Positions 1-10,945 of a stretch of DNA of 58,095 nucleotides are shown here, piece after piece (positions within the stretch are counted from its first letter, which is position 1; every line of letters starts with the position of its first letter). Both the position numbers and the translations under genes were made by a program. The stretch is taken from assembly GCA_001938485.1 (NCBI GenBank), contig MQRK01239657.1, positions 1 through 58,095 on the forward strand. The letters are read 5' to 3'. Below the pieces are notes generated by a model. It ran no database searches. It saw only the letters and a list, made by a program, of their open reading frames with translations, and was not told where the DNA came from. Origin of the DNA: Girardia tigrina (Eukaryota).

Positions 1-1
1 A

Positions 2-134
2 ACTTTAGGAAACCAGGGTTTACCAGGTGATGAAGGAGAACCTGGAAGTCGTGGTCGTCCGGGTCCACCTGGTCAAGTTAAAATTCGAAATCCTCCAGAA
101 GGTTCATCAGGCCGATACAAAAGATCTACAAGAG
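2..134 (+). CDS. Fibrillar collagen alpha chain, exon with end of triple helix and C-telopeptide (gene starts upstream of the window)
   Basis: Translates GNQGLPGDEGEPGSRGRPGPPGQVKIRNPPEGSSGRYKRSTR: Gly-X-Y repeats ending in GPPG, then an RYKR furin-type site. GT donor at 135. The exon may instead begin at 9 after TTTAG. Confidence 0.92.
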
Positions 135-186
135 GTTTATTTTATTTAATTAATCTTAAAAAAGGAACTTGTTCTTCTCATTAAAG

Positions 187-461
187 CACAATCCTTCGGA
201 GATATAAATGATGCTTTATTTGAAAGAGTAGATAAAATTACCAATAAGATTAAGAAGCTTAGATACCCTACTGGCTCAAACAAAGAAACAGCAGCAAGAA
301 CATGTGGAGATCTCAAAATGTTGAAAAAAGTTATAACTGATGGACCATATTATATAGATCCAAATGAAGGATCCCCTAAAGATGCTGTAGAAGTTGAATG
401 CTTTTTCAATCAAGAAGAAAGTTCTTCAGTCAAAACTTGCCTATCAGCCATAAAACAACAA
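187..461 (+). CDS. Fibrillar collagen, COLFI C-propeptide exon 1
   Basis: AG acceptor at 185-186, in phase with the previous exon. Translates ...RYPTGSNKETAARTCGDLK...GPYYIDPNEGSPKDAVEVECFF...KTCL, the canonical COLFI ARTC, YxIDPNxG and TC motifs. GTTTGT donor at 462. Confidence 0.93.
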
Positions 462-562
462 GTTTGTATTCAGCAATATTTTTCTTTTTAATAAACGCTA
501 AAATTTTCACTTAACTGATGACTATACTACAAAAACCATTTTTATATTTTTATTTTAATTAG

Positions 563-655
563 GGTGGATTATATAATTATAAGAAACCAATGAAAGGAGA
601 AACTAATTGGCAAAGTTCTTTGCGACTAGAAGGTGTTCTTTCAAAGGCTCCAGAT
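563..655 (+). CDS. Fibrillar collagen, COLFI exon 2
   Basis: TTAG acceptor, open phase-0 frame GGLYNYKKPMKGETNWQSSLRLEGVLSKAPD with the conserved W, GTTAGT donor. Confidence 0.82.
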
Positions 656-2081
656 GTTAGTTTTTATATTTAAATATTTTTGAAAATTTAGTAATTATAT
701 TTTATTTACATTTTTAAAATAAATGAATAATATTCTCCCAGATTAAAAATATAATCTAAATATGTAAAAGTTCAAATATGCATAAGTGTCCAAAATAGGA
801 ACTTTAAATCCCTTCCATTTCTTCTTTAGATTTAAAAAAATAAAAGATTTATATCGAGTATGTCGTTTATGATCTGAAAAGTAAAAAGGTTGTAAAAAAT
901 CGAAATGGTTTTGGAAACTTTTTATCGAAACAAATACAAGTCGAAAGATCAATTGGTCTCATAATAACCGTTTGTGACATCCATCATTTAAAAATTTAAA
1001 GATATTCAAAAAAATATTCTTGAGAAAGTCGATAACTATTTTAAAAAAAAGATCGATTTTTTTTCTTTTAACATTATTAAAATCAATGATCCTTGTTCTT
1101 TTTACTTTTTGAACAAAGGGTTCAGATGCACCCTAGTCCGGCCCCACCCACTTCGGAGAAATTTATTACCATTTTTTTAATTCACTGTCTTTCCTCCTCA
1201 TCGTCAACTGACAAACTGAATCAAAATCTTTGTTTGAATGAAATCGTGCCCACTTTATATTTTACCTCCTCAACATCAGTGTGGCAAAACAATTGAAATC
1301 AATCGCATATTTCATGTGTTGCATTTGACAAAATCGATCATTCAGAAAATCAAAAATCAAATTAGTTTCTTCGTTATTATCAATAAAATGCATCGATTCC
1401 GAACTGGAAATAAAAGTCAGATTAGTCGGTATCTCAATCATTGCGGTAATTTTGTCTTGTAAATCATCATCAGAATTGATCAATGAACTCGATTCAATTC
1501 TACAAGTCTACTTGAGTTCCATTTGTTTTTGAAGAAATTGCTGGGAACATATTTATTTTTTTTAATCACAAAACACGAATACATGAAAATTCAAAATTTA
1601 TTTTTAACAACTAAACAAAACACACGTTGCTAACCAACGATTTAGCCAAACAAATTTCAAAGAATTTTCTAGATCACAAAAATATTAATTTTTAAAAAAA
1701 ATTTAATTATAAAATATTTTTCCCTTTTTGATAACCAATAAATTATCATCTGTAATATTACCGGGCATGTGCGGTACTCTAGGTTTTTTTGTTTAAAACA
1801 GGCATTTATAAGGCGTCAAGTTTAACTTCAGCATCATTCGGTATCACTTAGTGCTTTTTTATTATTAAAACGAAAGTTATCGTCAAAAAATATATAACTC
1901 AACTAGAAAATCACCTGTTATAAGTATTATTTTCCTAGTATAAAAATGCATTTCTATGAATTATAACCTTTTGATTAAAATTTTATTGTTTCGACTTTTT
2001 AATTTTAAGATTTTTTTGAAATTATCATGTTTAAACCATTTAATTAACAATATTTTATTTATATGTTATAACCCCTTTCAG

Positions 2082-2378
2082 CTTCATTCGACTTACGTTG
2101 ACCATACTCAAATGAATTTTCTTCGATTGCAAAATTCAAAGGCTTACCAAGAAATTGAATTTCTCTGTGATCAGAGTGTCATCCATGCTGATAACGAGGA
2201 GAATGAAGACAATAAATACAAATTTGCAACTGTTCTCATGACACATAATTTTAAATCAATCGATCTTTCAAAAGGAGAACGTTATGGTCCAAGTGAAGGA
2301 TTCATGGAAAAGATAGTTTATAGAGATGAGTTTGGTCGTCCAATTTTCAATGTAACAATTGAATTTGATGGATGTATG
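2082..2378 (+). CDS. Fibrillar collagen, COLFI exon 3
   Basis: TTTCAG acceptor. LHSTYVDHTQMNFLRLQNSKAYQEIEFLC...FDGCM matches the COLFI QMxFLRLxSxxAxQxIxYxC and DGC motifs. GTAAGA donor. The ORF-track 1956..2399 call includes intron sequence. Confidence 0.93.
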
Positions 2379-2500
2379 GTAAGATACTTGAATTATTAGC
2401 TCTTTTCATATTTTTATTTTGGTTTCATTTGTTATTGTTAACGTTTAATAAATATAAAAATAAGAGTTGTCACAGTGATTAATTATTTAAATGATGTTAT

Positions 2501-2512
<12 letters not shown>

Positions 2513-2560
<48 letters not shown>

Positions 2561-2592
2561 TACATATATAACAATATATACATATATACATA
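2513..2592. repeat. (TA)n / (TATACA)n microsatellite
   Basis: Visible directly, immediately next to the left TIR of a mariner element. Confidence 0.9.
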
Positions 2593-2596
2593 TGAA

Positions 2597-3691
2597 TATC
2601 AGGTTATCCAAAAGGTTAATAGCGTTTTTACATAACATTGTATTTGGTTTCATACTTTTATAATACGGTAAATTTATGGCTCCAAATTTGGTAATTATTT
2701 AAGTTCTTGACTATGTGAATCTATTTATTTTTATTAATGACAAATTGAGTTAGATTTTATGAACTGACACAAAGACAACTATTCAAATCCTTTTACTTCC
2801 CTATTGGGAACAAGTCTTACTTGAAATTTGTCCTGTTGAAGGGAAGAATGCAGTAAAAAATAACACAGCTAGATTATGGTTCCAGTGCGTCAAACAAGGT
2901 GATACCTGTTTCATGGATAAATTACGCACCAGGTAACCTTCGGTTACTCCGAGAGAGATGCAAGTCATTATGAAAGAACAGCCTACTTCAAGCTACACCA
3001 GACTATCAAAGGAATTCGATCATTCTAAAAGAACCATTATTCGTCATTTACACATTCTTGATTTTGTGTACAAAAACCCAATATTTGACTGAAAACCAAA
3101 CTCACTGTAGAAAATAAATATTTTGCAAACTTCTCTTTAACCCTCGACATAAACGCTTTTTGAAGTGGATTTTAATAGGTGAGCAAAATGGATCTCTTTC
3201 CGCAGTTTGGTGAACGAAAAGCAGTGGATCCAATTAGGTAAGTCAGCTCAACATGTCATCTCAACTAGCCGCTTCAAAAAGAAACTCATGTTTTATATGT
3301 GGTAGAATTTCGAAGGGTCTGTGGAGTGGGAGATCGTTCCTGATGGTCGAGCTATAAACGCTAACTTCTTTTCCAAGCAGGTGGAGTGCGTTTTTGATTC
3401 TCTGAATACCAAGTATCCCACATTGGTGAATCTAGGAAAAGCTCTTCTCCCTCTTAAAAACGCTCCAGCTCATACTTCATGGAAGTTGCAGTAGAAAATG
3501 AGATCGACGATTTCATTGTCTCGAAATCACCTGAATGGTACTGTCATAGCATTAAACAACTGCCTCGAATGAAGCTTCAAGTAATAGAAAACAATGGATT
3601 GTACTTTGAGGAATGAAAATTTTTGTTAAGCTGTTAGTCACAATTGAAATTTTTGACTGAAAACGCAAATAACTTTTGGGACTACATAATA
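2597..3691 (+). mobile_element. Degenerate mariner DNA transposon in collagen intron
   Basis: Imperfect TIRs (TATCAGGTTATCCAAAAGGTTAATAGCGTTTT vs AAAACGCAAATAACTTTTGGGACTACATAATA) with TA ends. Broken transposase: WFQCVKQGDTCFMDKLRTR*P (WFxRFxxGD..GRP), an ITGDEKW-like motif, NAPAHTS and a GLYFEE* end. Confidence 0.85.
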
Positions 3692-6578
3692 TAAATGATA
3701 TATTATACATCTTTAAGGGAAAGTTATATAATTAATTTTCTACAAAACACTTGGAATGAAACTTTTAGTAAATCACGATTACTAAGACAACTTAGAAAAA
3801 CTTTCTAGGCTAAGCAGATTTATAAATCAAAGTTTACTTCTCAATTAATATGACTTGGCAGAGTTCTAACGGTATAAATCCGTTTTATGTATTGTGTAGA
3901 AAAAACATTGATGATACATTAAGCCTTTTCTGACTATTGATACCTTATGGAATCATGTTTCATTTTACTTTATAGGCATCAATGGAAAAAATATGAATAA
4001 AATTTTTATCCTGATGAATAAGGAAGATTTTTCTTTTAAAGAAAAATTATTTTAACACGTATTTTGTCAAACGTCCTTTTATTTTTATCATTTGAAAGTT
4101 GCAGAAAGTGATTTAAGGATTTTTAATTCAGCCAGGAAAGGGTTAAATATTTGATTGAACAGAACAGTCCTCATAAACCTTTTGAATGCTTTAAACATTA
4201 TTAAACATTAAATCCGGTGACTTTAGTCGATTTAAGCGTTCGAAGGGTTAAGAATAGAGCAGTGTCGTAAAATCGATCTCAAATGGCAGATGTTCAAAAG
4301 AACAGTTTATTCTTATATTATTTTCATTATTTTTAACTATTTGTGTAATGTTGAATGNNNNNNNNNNNNNNNNNNNNNNNNNNNNNNNNNNNNNNNNNNN
4401 NNNNNNNGCAAATAACTTTTGGGACTACATAATATAAATGATATATTATACATCTTTAAGGGAAAGTTATATAATTAATTTTCTACAAAACACTTGGAAT
4501 GAAACTTTTAGTAAATCACGATTACTTACACAACTTAGAAAAACTTTCTAGACTAAGCAGATTTATAAATCAAAGTTTAGTTCTCAATTAATATAACTTG
4601 GCAGAGTTCTAACGGTATGAACCCGTTTTATGTATTGTGTAGACAAAACATTGATGATACATTAAGCCTTTCCTGACTATTGATACCTTATGGAACCATG
4701 TTTCATTTTACTTTATAGGCATCAATGGAAAAATATGAATAAAATTTTTATCCTGATGAATAAGGAAGATTTTTCTTTTAAAGAAAAATTATTTTAACAC
4801 GTATTTTGTCAACCGTCCTTTTATTTTTATCATTTGAAAGTTGCAGAAAGTGATTTAAGGATTTTTAATTCAGCCAGGAAAGGGTTAAATATTTGATTGA
4901 ACAGAACAGTCTTCATAAACCTTTTGAACGCTTTAAACATTATTAAACATTAAATCCGGTGACTTTAGTCGATTTACGCATTCGAAGGGTTAAGAATAGA
5001 GCAGTGTCGTAAAATCGATCTCAAATGGCAGATGTTCAAAAGAACAGTTTATTCTTATATTATTTTCATTATTTTTAACTATTTGTGTAATGTTGAATGA
5101 AAGCTTGTATCCTACGTCGCTAATACCACTAAATAAAATGTATATGGCTGGTTAAAGGCAAACAGTTTGATTAATATGTTTACATTCGCCATCGATAGCA
5201 ATTGTTATCTTTGTTCTTCGTCATTAAATCGAATTAAAATAATGAGATTAAACAAAAATGTCAAATTTAATTTGAAATTTGATGAAATTGGTCAAATAAG
5301 CTCCAATTTTAAACATATTTATTATAACCCTACCTACCATATTATATCTGAATGAAATTAATTGAAATATAAATTTTAGGTTATAATCTTAAACCAAACG
5401 ATTAAAGAGACAAATGGAAACAAAAATGCATTAAAATCATTCCGTTTTTAATATTTTTACCCATAGTGAATCATTTCATATATTAAAATCATATATCTAA
5501 AATATCTAAATCATGTATGGAAAGTGCGTTAAATAATACTGATCTGAATACTTTAAAGCAATTTAGAAAAAAATGCCTCCATTTGAGACTGTCTGCTGCG
5601 CAGTAGCATTGTATCCGAGTACACTATTGGTGTTTCGCATGGTTTCTGATGCTGAGGTTTGTGACACAACTACACGAACTTGAGTTGGAACTTCTACATC
5701 ATCCATTTACTGGTTTTCACATATGCAATCTTGAACAAAAGGTTTAAATGTAAACAAAAGTGCATTAAATCCTAGCCCGTTTTAAATATTCGTTTCCCGA
5801 TAGTGAATCCCTATTTCTAAATAAAATATCGAAAAAATAGTATCATATGTATAAAAAGTTAGTCTCAATTGTACATCTGACATTCTTGTATTGGAATCAT
5901 GGATTAAATAGTCATAAAATGTATATATTTATTTAGTAATATTGAATAGTCGAAAACAAACACTATCTCGAAAACAATTAAATTATAAAAACACATTTTA
6001 ATCTTTCTTTTAGAGAATCTAAAATATTTTTTGTTACGATGGTTAGATATAAGATAGGTATTTAATATGCAATTTTACACTTTTCCTCACTTTATATTTT
6101 TGAGTACAGAGTAAGAGCAGAGTGTATCTTTTTAACCGTTACATTATTTATACAAAAAGTAGCTGTAAAATTGTAACATTTTTTAAATTGCTTTATAACA
6201 AACAGGTCAGTACTATAATGCAAATATTAACTGGATTTTTCATTATAGACAAAAATATTGATGTCAGTACTCTGATTAAAAAAAATGAATATTAGTATTA
6301 CCGTGTCTGACTTATCATAATTGCTTAAGGTTAACGTCTTTATCTTAACTTTTATTCTATGCTGTTTTATGTTACTTAAGATAAAAATGCTATAAGTTGT
6401 CAAGTATAAAATTTGTAGGCCTGATTTCAATAAATTCAAATATGTATAATTTGACAATGTCCTAACATTTTGTTACTCAGTGTTTTTCGATTAATTGCTG
6501 TATATCTTGGTTATTGAACATATCAATGAAAGTGAATTAAATTATTGATAACTTTTTTAATAATCAGTATTTTAAAAA

Positions 6579-6800
6579 ATGGAAAAGGTAGAAATTCGAA
6601 CTATTATGAAGTATGAGTTCCTACGTGGGACCTCAGTGTCATAAATCGTCAAAAATATCAAAAGTCTATTTGGATACAATGCTACAATAGAGTAGCCAGT
6701 CGTAAATTAGTTCAGGAAGTTCGTGAAAGGTAATTTTAACCGTTGTAATGAGTCTCGGGTTTGCCAGGGACGCAGGTAAACATTGACGAACTGAAGAGTA
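6579..6800 (+). mobile_element. Mariner 5' fragment (HTH region)
   Basis: MEKVEIRTIMKYEFLRGTSVS*IVKNIKSLFG...FRKFVKGNF is a typical mariner N-terminus with stop codons. Confidence 0.75.
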
Positions 6801-7440
6801 TAATTTTAAAATATGTTAAAAACAAAGTTCAAAATTGATGAATATATAACATGATTTAAAATTACGATAATAATTTAAAGGAATGTTAAAGTAAAATGAA
6901 AATAAGAATAAAAAAATTTTTTTTCAAATTTCACACCTAATTTGTTTATTCATTTAATTTTTTCAGTTATTTAAACAAGAGGTCTTTATACAATCCATAA
7001 TAATTTTTTTTATGAATGTTTTTTTCTAATTTTTTAATCGGCTTTTTTTATCGACGGCACTACAAAAATTTATACTTTTCTTCCCTTTATATTTTTGAAT
7101 ACAGAATAAGAAGAGGTTTTTGATTTTTATTTAATTGAGAAGTCCTATTTAGGCTAGTAACTTTACTAAAAAATATTTATTAATCCATTGTAATTTAACG
7201 ATTTACTTGGTTATCCATAACATAATATATTTAACTCAAGTACAACTGTAGTATTTACTTCATATTTTAAGATTAATATAAAGAAATGTTTTTAAGACTT
7301 GATTATTATACCTAGAAGGTTAAAACCTAGTAGTAGAATGTTCCAAAGAGCGCAGGTACATGTACTCATAAAATGCATTTATTTATTTCTTTAATTTAAC
7401 TTCGTTCTAATTACTAAATTTACTTATTTTAATCATTCAG

Positions 7441-7587
7441 TATCGGTCCTCTGGCGCGTCCAGTAAAATTAAGCTGGAAACCACAGATTTATCTATGCTT
7501 CCAATTATTGATTTCCAAATAAATGATTTTAACAATAAAGGAATCAGCACAATTGGGCTCAATATTCTCTCAATGTGCTTTTCATAA
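7441..7587 (+). CDS. Fibrillar collagen, terminal COLFI exon
   Basis: TTCAG acceptor. YRSSGASSKIKLETTDLSMLPIIDFQINDFNNKGISTIGLNILSMCFS* contains LPIID and the terminal CF motif. Stop is TAA. Confidence 0.92.
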   Translation, partial: YRSSGASSKIKLETTDLSMLPIIDFQINDFNNKGISTIGLNILSMCFS

Positions 7588-8098
7588 CTTACCCGAAGAC
7601 TTGTATTATTATTGTATTGATGCTACGATGATTTTTCAATTTCAGACTGTTATCATAATTTGTTTAGTGAATTTGTTGTAAAATAATGTTTGTTTTCGTT
7701 TCTAAAATTACAATATCGTAAAATTAAATGAATGGTACAAATATCTCTTTGGTCATAAAATGTGTATGAACTCAAAAATAAGAGATTGCTTTGAATTGAT
7801 TAAGTAAAAAAAATATTTAAGCCCGGTATTTGTCGCGAAATACTCGAAGTATTTACATCAACTTATGTTACAATCTCCTTCATTTACTATAAATTTATCA
7901 TACGGTCATTTAAGAATGAAAGATATGTTATTTACAAATAGTTAATAAACCTATTAGAACAAGGCGAAAAGTTAAACTCTGTGTTTATCAAACTATCGGT
8001 GACCAGAAATAACTTAGAATAACTTTTTTAGTGATTTCCAAAATAGAATTTTATTAATTGAGCAGCTATTACAAAGATCTGAGAAACGAATATTGATG

Positions 8099-8671
8099 TT
8101 AGTTTTCAAATTGAACTCCCCTCACAATATCACATAGCCTAAGACGGTTGGTGAAATTCTCTGAGATGGACTCCAAATCCACCAGAGTAATTTTATCCCA
8201 CTATCGATGCAGATTTCCAGAAAACCTCCGAAATTGATTACACACTTTAGCTAAATAGGTTAAAAATACAAGTGCACGGAAGTCTGAAAAATCGACCAAA
8301 CACCAGTTCTGAGTATTTTTGAAACCAATGAAGCGGACGAAGTCCTTCTAAAAGATCTATAATTGATCACTATAGTTCTATTGAGTGAGGAAAAGTATAA
8401 CATATTCTAAAAATTCCTTCCAAATAATGTCTTTGTTAAGTTGTAGAATCAAATTGATGAAAACAAGTGGAGTATTATCACTTGCGCTAATTGCGGCTCA
8501 TTTTATTACAGAATTTTGATTGGAGCGATGTTTAACAATGGAAGTGATGTCTTGAGAACTAATTGATCAAATTTGATTGATTTGAGCATTGTAGCTTGTT
8601 TCATCTGGAAGAGGATGTTGAGTGTTGGAACGACAAATATGAGTTCACCAGTGAGGTGGATGGTTTAGAGG
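8099..8671 (-). mobile_element. Tc1/mariner superfamily (maT/DD37D-like) transposase remnant, interrupted by a solo LTR
   Basis: Minus-strand translation SVIK*AAISASDNTPLVFI...LNKDI...TQNWCLVDFSDF...WDKI...RLRLCDIVRGVQFEN* resembles maT SVMVWAAIS..GKTPLVF...TQxWC...GGHFE. Confidence 0.7.
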
Positions 8672-9071
8672 TATTAGCAGCATCACAGCAGACTCATCAT
8701 AAAAACAATTTTCAGTAGTATCATCTGCGAAATCATCCTTCTTGATTGTTATATTTTTGTTTCTACCTCTGATTAATAAATGAACTTTATCAATAATTTC
8801 TCAAAATTTTATTAGATAAAAATGCATTTAGTAAACTTTTAAAATAAACATTAATTTTTAAATAATATTAAATTCAATTAGTTAAATTGTTTTCTCAAAA
8901 GTATTATTAAAATTTCTAATAACAAAACTTAAAACTAATTAGTACTTAAACCTTAATCTCATAAGATTTAAATAATTAATCAATAGCATATCAATTCCAT
9001 ATAGTAGGAGAGTCACCAATCTAAACAATATACAAACAACAAACTCAAAACATTCAGAATTTTCCCTCACA
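8672..9071 (-). mobile_element. Solo-LTR-like dispersed element, copy 1
   Basis: Minus strand runs TGTGAGGG...CTAATA, flanked by AGAGG/AGAAG (5-bp TSD, 1 mismatch). Carries the family motif and is close to copy 8. Confidence 0.75.
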
Positions 9072-9249
9072 AGAAGAAAATTATGTCTTAATCATGGTTG
9101 TCCTAGTAGTGATCATTATCATCATAATGATTAAAAATCAATATTATTAATTTATAAACTGTCTGTTTCCTTTAATAAGAAAATAAAATCATTTATTAAA
9201 AGAATTAATCAATAATTTTTATTATATTTTTAATGAAATTTGATAAAAG

Positions 9250-9560
9250 GATGTAATGAGACATTATCATGAATCAGATAATGCACTCTTTCTGGAAGCT
9301 TGGTCGCCAGGTCACTTATAAATCCTTATAAACTTTGTTATTCACACTTCCAGTGACTATCTGAAAATGAATTGGACCATTCTAGGAGATGCCATCACCA
9401 AATTCATGTTCCAGTCCCTGCTTTTCGGAATTATGCAGCTAAATAGCTGACCATTTTCAATTTTCCTAGCGTTCTCCGAGGCCAAATTTTGAACCCGGTT
9501 TCATCGAAGAAGATGCAATCAGAATATCACCATCTTTATTTCTACTGACCTTGACCCGAT
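9250..9560 (-). mobile_element. IS630/Tc1-like (DDE_3-type) transposase remnant
   Basis: Minus strand, with frameshifts: CIFFDETGFKIWPRRTLG...PKSRDWNMNLVMA...GPIHFQIVTGSVN...YLIHDNVSLH. First and second catalytic Asp motifs are visible. Confidence 0.75.
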
Positions 9561-9958
9561 TTCTAATTCCTATATCAACAAAACAAATTAAATTGTTTCA
9601 GATAAACGATTCATGGGGGAAATTGACTTTTCAAAAGACTAAAATTACAATATAAATTTTTGGCATTAAAATATAAAATAAAATCAATAGTTTAATTTGG
9701 GTATCGCAAACAAGATTGAAAAAAATTCAAAAAATCAGAAAAAAAGTAACATTTACGACATGATTGCAATTACACTGAGAGAAACATGTTGCAGTGCGTA
9801 AAAATGAGCATCGTAATGTTCAAATTAGGACATAGAATCATGAACACCAGCCCAATAACTAAGTTGCTACACATTTGATTAAACTATATAAGTAAATAAG
9901 TTTAGCAATAGATTCTGATTAAACAAGAATTATTAAAGAAACCTTTTTTCTTTCACGA

Positions 9959-10945
9959 GTGTTCGTCATAGGTGATTAAAAAGATCGGTATCCTGCCAGC
10001 AAGTCTGTAGAAGGGTCTTGGTGTGACTCTCTCTCGATGCCAGTATGAACATGTGCATGAATAGCGTGGTGTTTATGAATGTGATGAATATAATATACAA
10101 AAGGTTGTTACCAACCATTAAAACAAAATTTACTGGTAATAAACCAGTGCTCCCTAAAGATGTTTAATAACCAATAAAATTTGAATAATTGTTCTGTCAA
10201 ATGTATGCCAAGGAGCTAATACATTTGATACACTTTGATAGGATGAAAGTCTCTAATAATTTTTCCTCTACCGGTATACAATGACTTAAAACCGGTAAGT
10301 AGCCCAATAAAAGCTACTTCATACCAAAACCGTTTCTTGGAGACACGAAACATGGGATGGGTAACCCAGCATGAGTATCAGGGAGGTAACTCTTACTACC
10401 ATCCACTGGGAAGTTGCACTCATATTATCACAGCTGTGAACTCTTGACTATCCACGACTGTTAAAGTAAATAAAAACAAAGATATCTCTTTGTAATAACA
10501 AAAGCTGAAAAATTAAATTGGTTTGTGAATAAATTGAATAAGAATTAAAAAACTATAAGGATTTTACGCTTATAAATATATATATATATTGAGATAATAG
10601 TTGTTCGCTAAAAATGTAGAGTTTTGAGTTCCCTAATTGAAGTTATTTGTAAAACTAAATCAGTAAAATCAATATAAGTGGAATCTGTAAAATTAATTAG
10701 TTATGATAGAGATAGTAGGTCTAAAGTACTAAATCTTGCTAACATCATACGAGAGCTGCGTTTGCTTATCTGATCTTAGACCTGTGAATGTATATAACCT
10801 GGAAGGTAATCATCGTCTGCCACTGCTAGCAGATGACAAGACCGGTTAGATTCAAGTTTATAATGTTTTCAAATGAGTTTTTATGAAGTTAAGGGTGATG
10901 AATGATAATCTTGGAGCTTAAAGTAAAAATAACATACCATAAACC
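9959..10945 (+). ncRNA. Candidate large structured RNA, RNase MRP/RNase P-like (expanded)
   Basis: CR-I-like GAAAGTCTC (10245-10253) directly follows a long P3-like hairpin. CR-IV-like TAGTTATGA at 10698-10706 and CR-V-like TTGGAGCTTA at 10911-10920. AAG[T]CTCTAA pairs with TTGGAGCTT (9 bp, bulged U). More than 10 hairpins with G-U pairs and GNRA loops favour the + strand. No long ORF. Boundaries, P1 and P2 are uncertain. Confidence 0.45.

Noticed and set aside
740-1900. Short ORFs in collagen intron 3
   Set aside because: Probably decayed transposon sequence, but no diagnostic motif or termini could be identified.
3665-5099. Near-identical tandem duplication of about 690 bp (3665-4357 and 4408-5099)
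   Set aside because: The copies abut a 50-N gap exactly and differ only by scattered SNPs. This is typical of unmerged overlapping contig ends or two alleles, not a real duplication.
10322-10423. Minus-strand signal-peptide-like mini-ORF MSATSQWMVVRVTSLILMLGYPSHVSC...
   Set aside because: It is short, has no convincing downstream exon, and overlaps sequence better explained by + strand RNA structure.
10717-10860. H/ACA snoRNA interpretation of the double hairpin
   Set aside because: The only ANANNA overlaps the second stem and no ACA box follows it on either strand.
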